From the NCBI GenBank assembly GCA_015058985.1, contig SVBH01000005.1:9496-73495 (forward strand): a stretch of 64,000 bases of DNA, written 5' to 3'. The stretch is from Erysipelotrichaceae bacterium. GTDB taxonomy: Bacteria > Bacillota_I > Bacilli_A > RFN20 > DUOF01. Positions 58,534 through 64,000 of the stretch are shown one piece after another. The translations under genes were made by a program, and so were the position numbers. The notes under the pieces were generated by a model that worked only from the letters and a program-made list of their open reading frames with translations, did no database searches and was not told the DNA's origin. The first letter of the stretch is position 1, and every line of letters begins with the position of its first letter.

Positions 58534-58549
58534 GATTAAACTAAGACTT
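58525..58549. terminator. Hairpin whose arms each encode Lys-Ser-stop of the two convergent genes
   Basis: AAGTCTTAG-GATTAAA-CTAAGACTT. Confidence 0.65.
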
Positions 58550-60490
58550 ATTTATATTTTTTATATTTGTAATAAAAGTTTGGTAATAAGAATCTTTAGA
58601 GAAGAAATCGTGATAGAAGATTTTATCAATAGCTTCCAGTTTCTTTAATAATGTTTTTGCCTTAGATTCAATAGAAATTAAATCATCATTGGTCAAGGTG
58701 CTTTTTTGGAATAACATTTTATTAATACTATGGAAATAAACTTTTTCATTTAGAAAAATGTTGTATGCTCTAGAATAAAGAATACTAGAAGTTTCATGAA
58801 ATATTGATTGACCAAAATAAAGATTTGAATAGAATTTAATTCCTAATAGATCTAATAGAGTAGGAACGATGTCGGTTGTAGTAGTAAATTTATCAATAAC
58901 TTGATGTTCCAATTCGGGAACTCTAATCAAACAAGGAACTCGATATAAATTTGTATAGTTATCGTTTTTATAATTATATATATCTTTTACGTAATTACTT
59001 AACCCTTGGTAATAAGTATTATGATCACTAAATAGAGTAATTATTGTGTTATCTAAAAGATTCTTAGAGGTTAAGTCCTCAATAATTAAACCTAAAGCAT
59101 GATCAAACTCCATGACTGCAGCTACGTAATTTCTAAAGTTGTTATGATTTTCATCTTTGCTTTCTGGGATAGCATCAATACTATCGATTTTTTCATACCA
59201 AGTTTTTAAATTTTCTCTTTCATAATACATTCCATGCATAGTGATGGAGATGATATAAGTATTGAATCTAGAATTTGTTGGGAACATCTCATCTTTAGCA
59301 GCTTCAATCATTTCAGAATCTAAATTACGATGACCTTTACTAGCCCAATTAGTCATACCCATCTTATATAGATCTTCAGCTCCTGTGAATGAATCAAATC
59401 CTAACGATTTGTGTTCTTTGCTACGATTATAGTAATTCTTGAATCCATTATGGTAAGATGTAGAAACAATATCTTCGTCAAAAACTTTTAAAATATTAGG
59501 TAAAGAGAAAGGAATTTCATTATTAGGAAAATCGTAATTGATATATGCATTTGTAGGGTAACTACCAATAATTGAAAGATTTTCTGAAATATCAGTTTTT
59601 TCTCTTGCATGGAAATTATTTAAAACAATAGAGTCATTATAAAAACTTCTTAAATTAGGGAAAAGGTAGTCTAATTGATCCTCTGTTAATCCATTATGAC
59701 CATTTGGATATAATGACCCATCTTGAACAAAAGAAAACCATTCTAATGATTCTACTAAAATAGTTACAACATTATTTCCTTCAGATATTCCAAAGTTAGA
59801 AGTAGGATTAGAGGCATCGCTATAAAGAAAACTTTGGAGTTCATCAACATCGCCAAGTTCAACTTCATTAAAGAATAAACCACGATATAATTCATTTACA
59901 AAATTAGCGGTCATTCCTAAACTTTTATAATTACCCTCCGCATCAGCATATAATTTTGTTGTATAGTCAGAATTAGAACTTTTTCTATTATTGATAGTAA
60001 CCGTGGTAACATTCAAACACATAAACACTACCAACAAGACACTAGGAATATAAAAATGCTTTCTTGATTTAATAGGTCTATCTATTTTACTTAAGAATCT
60101 TTTTCCAAAAATCCAGAAGAGAATAAAAATAGTTAAATAAGTGAAGATAAATCCAAAGTTTAAAGGAATAGACTCAAGAATTCCCATTGCATCATTTCTT
60201 AAATTGAACATTCCAAAATCAAATAAAGTACCAGTCATTTCATATAGCACAATACAGAAAATGCAGCAAATACCTTGTATCAAAAGAAAGGAAGATGCAG
60301 TATAAAACCTAGCGATGTTGTTTTTAATTAAAAACAAAATTGAAGTGCCAATACCAATTAAAGTAAATAATAACCAAGGACGATTTATTCCAAGACCAAA
60401 TCCTATTGCTAAATTTCCCAATAATTCTGTAAAAAGAGAAATTATAACATAACATATAATTGGATAATTATTAGTTAAAAATTTTTTCAT
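58541..60490 (-). CDS. LTA synthase family (LtaS-like phosphoglycerol transferase/sulfatase fold)
   Basis: 5 N-terminal TM helices; VESLE, KTDISE, TMHG and FSDH catalytic/metal motifs. Confidence 0.85.
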   Translation of the reverse strand: MKKFLTNNYPIICYVIISLFTELLGNLAIGFGLGINRPWLLFTLIGIGTSILFLIKNNIARFYTASSFLLIQGICCIFCIVLYEMTGTLFDFGMFNLRNDAMGILESIPLNFGFIFTYLTIFILFWIFGKRFLSKIDRPIKSRKHFYIPSVLLVVFMCLNVTTVTINNRKSSNSDYTTKLYADAEGNYKSLGMTANFVNELYRGLFFNEVELGDVDELQSFLYSDASNPTSNFGISEGNNVVTILVESLEWFSFVQDGSLYPNGHNGLTEDQLDYLFPNLRSFYNDSIVLNNFHAREKTDISENLSIIGSYPTNAYINYDFPNNEIPFSLPNILKVFDEDIVSTSYHNGFKNYYNRSKEHKSLGFDSFTGAEDLYKMGMTNWASKGHRNLDSEMIEAAKDEMFPTNSRFNTYIISITMHGMYYERENLKTWYEKIDSIDAIPESKDENHNNFRNYVAAVMEFDHALGLIIEDLTSKNLLDNTIITLFSDHNTYYQGLSNYVKDIYNYKNDNYTNLYRVPCLIRVPELEHQVIDKFTTTTDIVPTLLDLLGIKFYSNLYFGQSIFHETSSILYSRAYNIFLNEKVYFHSINKMLFQKSTLTNDDLISIESKAKTLLKKLEAIDKIFYHDFFSKDSYYQTFITNIKNINKS

Positions 60491-60500
60491 TTTTTCACCT

Positions 60501-61175
60501 CTATACTAAATAAATGAGTACCATCAATATGAATGCTTTACTATATGTTTTCTTGGAAAATATATACTGATAAAACATTGCAAAGATAATTAATAGATAT
60601 GTTATAGGCAAATAGTGAACTTGTAATATTAGTTCGTAAAGGCCAAAGGTTAGTAAAGAGCCAATTGCACCATAAGGAATATATTTGTACTTAGGAAACA
60701 AGTTTTCCCCTGCTTCTTGAGAACTCCTTATAATCATATAAACAGGCATTAACATAAACACTTTACTTAATAGATTAACAACTTGTGATAAAAGATTAAG
60801 ACCAGTGAAATAGGTGCCTAAATCGTAAATTGGTTTGAAATTCCAACCAATTAAACCACTTACTAATAAAATAGGTAAAATAGTTAAAAGAGTTAAAATT
60901 AGCATATTAGGGATTGGTAAATATTCTTTTTCTTTTTTATCAATCAAAGGAGAAAAACCTAGTTTTTTCTTTGAAAAATGGCAAACTAATAAAGCAGAAA
61001 CACCCCAGATTATAGCTTGTATAACATAGTTAAACATATCGGTTAATGTGCCATAATAAATTTTTTTATATAAAAAATCTCCTAGATGAGAAATTTGTCC
61101 AAGAGGTATAATCAAAAAAGATATAAAGGCTACTAATAGTAATTTTAGAGAATACTTTGATTTATTTTTATCCAT
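60501..61175 (-). CDS. Hypothetical integral membrane protein
   Basis: About 7 TM helices; GGAGG RBS before ATG 61175; 10-nt gap to the LtaS-like gene. Confidence 0.7.
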   Translation of the reverse strand: MDKNKSKYSLKLLLVAFISFLIIPLGQISHLGDFLYKKIYYGTLTDMFNYVIQAIIWGVSALLVCHFSKKKLGFSPLIDKKEKEYLPIPNMLILTLLTILPILLVSGLIGWNFKPIYDLGTYFTGLNLLSQVVNLLSKVFMLMPVYMIIRSSQEAGENLFPKYKYIPYGAIGSLLTFGLYELILQVHYLPITYLLIIFAMFYQYIFSKKTYSKAFILMVLIYLV

Positions 61176-61255
61176 ACTATTTCCTCCAACACACAAATAA
61201 TTATAGCAAAGATATTAACAATAATAAATTAAAATAAAAACAAAAAAAGGGCAAA

Positions 61256-61264
61256 TTATCCACA
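61256..61264 (+). promoter_or_regulatory. Perfect DnaA box inside the loop of AAAAAAGGG/CCCTTTTTT
   Basis: TTATCCACA read directly in a divergent intergenic region. Confidence 0.45.
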
Positions 61265-61337
61265 TTCTCCCTTTTTTGTGATGTATCAAAATGATAAAAC
61301 ATTTAGAATAATTTGCGTGAGACTAGGAGGAGATAAT

Positions 61338-63569
61338 ATGATTAGAAATCGCAAGTTTGGTATAGTATCATTTTTTCTTGTCATTTTTAGTGCCTTTTTA
61401 ATAATGGTTTTGGAAGGAAAAACTTCCAATGCTATGGATAGTAGTAAACTTATAACATCAAAGGTAAATGTATCAGTTCAAGTAAACGATGGGAATCGTT
61501 ATTTTGTTGATCCATATAAAATTAAAGTTGAAGTAGATGCTTCAGCAAATAGTGATGTTAATATGTTCTCTGTTGTAATTTGTAGTAATGATACAGGTGT
61601 TTGTAGTCCATTAGATGCTAAATATCGTTATACAGATTTAGAAAACGGGAAATATACTTTAACAGCAAGTTTAGAATGGATAAAGGATACTAGTAAGAAT
61701 TTTGTTATTGAAGAAGGAAGTTATTCTATTAAAGTTAAACCCGAAAAACAAAGTTGTTTCATTATTTGTAGTCCAATTTTTGATATCATAGAAGAAAAAG
61801 ATGAGAGTTTAAGATATATTGAAACTGTTGTTGATTATATTCCTTTAAATTCAAGCGATTTGGAAATTAAATACAATAATGTACCTTTAAGTAATGAGCA
61901 AACAACTACTCTTAGTAAAACTGTATTTGATGTTCAAGTTAATAGATTTGATCAAGTATATGGTGAGACAGTCAAATCATTATATTATAAATATTGTCTA
62001 GCTAACAATGAATGGTCTACATCATGGACTGATTCTTCTGTAAATTGTAAAAATGGAAATTTAACATTAGAAGAAGGAATTGCTCCAATTGATTTACAAA
62101 AAGACAAATTAGAAGGTAATTATATATTAACTGTAATAGCAGAAACTACATTTGGTCGTCAATTCTCAAAATCAATAAGATTTACATTTGATGATACAGC
62201 TCCTAGAGTAACTATTAGTAAAGCTGATGAAGTTATAACAAAAACAAAAACATTCACATTCACTGCAATTGATAATAGCACCACTAAAACTAAGTTTTTA
62301 GTGAAAGATGCACTAGCAGATGCTCCTGTTGAAACTGATTTTAAAGAATTTGCAACTGCTAATACTGTCGAAATTAAAGATTTATCAGGAGAATACATCC
62401 TTTGGTTATGCACAACTGATGACTCAGGAAACAGCACTATCGTTTCATCTGAAAAATTCCAAATGGATAACAGCGCTCCAATTATTGAAAATTTAGATTG
62501 CTATGTAGATTTCTATAACAAAAAATTAGTTATTCAAATATCAAAGGTAAGTGATCAAATAAAAGAGAACATTACATATTTTGCAAGTACAGATGGAATT
62601 AATTATACAGAATACACTTCTAATCTTATTAAAGTGGATATTTCAGAATTGATAGGATCAGAAATAAAAGTCTATTTATATGCAAAAGATAGTTTAGGCA
62701 ACTTTGACCAAGAAAAAGCAAAACAAATAGTTCCTATTATTGAAGAATCTGACATTGAAATAAGAATTGATAATGCAACAGAAAATAATTATTACAATGA
62801 AGAAGTTAGTTTTACTGTTATGGGATCTGATGTAATAAGTATAAAAGTTAATTCATTTGAATACATTAACAATAGATTCTTCTGCTCTCCAATAATGGAA
62901 GAAGGAGAACAAAACAAAATTTTAGGATATACTTGTAAGTTCTCTACAGATGGTGTTCATAATGTTATAGTTACAAATGCTTCAGAAAGTACAAACTCAA
63001 TCAATTTCATTATAGATAAAGATGGAATTTGGAACATTGATGGCGATGATAAAAATGTTGAAGAAATGTTTATCGTTAAAGTTGTCGCAGAAGGCGATAA
63101 ATTCTATGGTTCTTTACCTCTAAGCGTATATGATTTAAAGAAAGATATAAAATTAGTTTATTTAAATAAACAAAATAAATACCAATATGTAACTTTATTA
63201 GAAGGAAAAGAAACAGTACCGTTAAATGAAATAGAAGGACCAGGTAAGTTTTTATTACCTATCGATTTAATGGCTTATCAAAATGCAAATGAATTAAGCG
63301 GAACAGGAGAAGTTTACTTCCTAGCTTACTCAGTTATCGTAGATAGAGTTGATAATAACGTAGTAGTAGAAACACCAGAAGAACCTAAGGAAGAACTACC
63401 TAACCAAAATGAATCTCATCCAGTTGGAAATATTACTGAAACAGATGATGGATTCTCAATAAAAGATATCTTCACTTTTAAAAATGTCTTAATGGTATCT
63501 ATTATTGTAATCACTATCATTTATGTAATAAGATTCTTTGTTTACAAAAAGAATATTCAAACAGTATAA
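61338..63569 (+). CDS. Ig-like domain surface protein with signal peptide and C-terminal TM anchor
   Basis: MIRNRKF...TSNA signal; FTFDDTAP, DDSGN and MDNSAP units like the giant protein; C-terminal TM plus KK; AGGAGG RBS. Confidence 0.8.
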   Translation: MIRNRKFGIVSFFLVIFSAFLIMVLEGKTSNAMDSSKLITSKVNVSVQVNDGNRYFVDPYKIKVEVDASANSDVNMFSVVICSNDTGVCSPLDAKYRYTDLENGKYTLTASLEWIKDTSKNFVIEEGSYSIKVKPEKQSCFIICSPIFDIIEEKDESLRYIETVVDYIPLNSSDLEIKYNNVPLSNEQTTTLSKTVFDVQVNRFDQVYGETVKSLYYKYCLANNEWSTSWTDSSVNCKNGNLTLEEGIAPIDLQKDKLEGNYILTVIAETTFGRQFSKSIRFTFDDTAPRVTISKADEVITKTKTFTFTAIDNSTTKTKFLVKDALADAPVETDFKEFATANTVEIKDLSGEYILWLCTTDDSGNSTIVSSEKFQMDNSAPIIENLDCYVDFYNKKLVIQISKVSDQIKENITYFASTDGINYTEYTSNLIKVDISELIGSEIKVYLYAKDSLGNFDQEKAKQIVPIIEESDIEIRIDNATENNYYNEEVSFTVMGSDVISIKVNSFEYINNRFFCSPIMEEGEQNKILGYTCKFSTDGVHNVIVTNASESTNSINFIIDKDGIWNIDGDDKNVEEMFIVKVVAEGDKFYGSLPLSVYDLKKDIKLVYLNKQNKYQYVTLLEGKETVPLNEIEGPGKFLLPIDLMAYQNANELSGTGEVYFLAYSVIVDRVDNNVVVETPEEPKEELPNQNESHPVGNITETDDGFSIKDIFTFKNVLMVSIIVITIIYVIRFFVYKKNIQTV

Positions 63570-63599
63570 AATAAGAAGTTAGGAAACTAACTTTTTATT
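63570..63599 (+). terminator. Intrinsic terminator
   Basis: AATAAGAAGTTAG-GAAA-CTAACTTTTTATT followed by a T-run. Confidence 0.8.
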
Positions 63600-63650
63600 T
63601 TTTTACTAATAAAAATAATATATAATATACAAAAGAAAAAGGTGATGAAT

Positions 63651-64000
63651 ATGATTAAAGAACTAGTAGCAGAAACAAGAGTTACAATTCAACTATTAAT
63701 AACTGCTGTTGCTAAAGGCATAACTAATAAAGGAGCTTCTTATTTGAGTTTAACTTTGCAAGATGCAAGTGGTCAAATCGAAGGAAAAAAATGGGACGCT
63801 ACTGAAAATGATATGAAAACGTTAGTGGAAGGAAAGGTATTTGAATTCCAAGCTGATGTTTTAGAATATAAGGGAAATAATCAATTAAAAATTGTTTCTA
63901 TTACAGAAATAGATCAAGATAAGATAGATTCCAGTCTATTTGTTCCTGCTGCCCCTATATCAAGAAAAATGATGCAAGATAAATTGTTTGCTTACATTAA
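63651..64000 (+). CDS. yhaM: 3'-5' exoribonuclease YhaM (N-terminal OB fold), truncated by window end
   Basis: TNKGASYLSLTLQDASGQIEGKKWD...YKGNNQLKI; not in the ORF track because it lacks a stop codon. Confidence 0.85.
   Translation, partial: MIKELVAETRVTIQLLITAVAKGITNKGASYLSLTLQDASGQIEGKKWDATENDMKTLVEGKVFEFQADVLEYKGNNQLKIVSITEIDQDKIDSSLFVPAAPISRKMMQDKLFAYI

Noticed and set aside
19436-62437. Numerous 60-145 aa opposite-strand ORFs over housekeeping genes (e.g. 19436, 22354, 24036, 26059, 35774, 40526, 49855, 53336, 62159)
   Set aside because: Fully overlap well-supported genes; typical antisense open frames

Overview
Very AT-rich chromosomal window using genetic code 11 (TGA serves as a stop codon). 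Gene content (nrdD/nrdG, fhs, trhP1/trhP2, a NusA with an acidic tail, membrane-anchored Ig-repeat proteins without LPxTG) suggests an anaerobic, genome-reduced Bacilli/Mollicutes-related lineage such as Acholeplasmatales/RF39-like gut taxa; this placement is inference. Housekeeping genes include rimP-nusA-rnpM-ylxQ-infB-rbfA, truB, ttcA, cca, tex, trpS, glmU, gpsA, cls, fhs, nrdDG, degV, carD, an LtaS-family gene, partial yhaM, and three tRNAs (Thr-CGT, Ser-GCT, Gly-TCC). Accessory content includes a 5115-aa Ig-repeat surface protein and a shorter relative, a type II R-M pair (Tsp45I-like), and a phage polyvalent-protein-like remnant with a nested out-of-frame gene. The best candidate for an undescribed system is a four-gene operon at 28.4-34.9 kb: a YwaF/TMEM164-like membrane acyltransferase domain fused to an ABC ATPase, followed by an ABC-exporter permease, a small anchored Ig protein and a large lipoprotein. 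I saw no CRISPR array, rRNA, IS or integrase. Family assignments come from motif recognition only; no searches were run. Several start codons were adjusted from the ORF track using visible RBS spacing.
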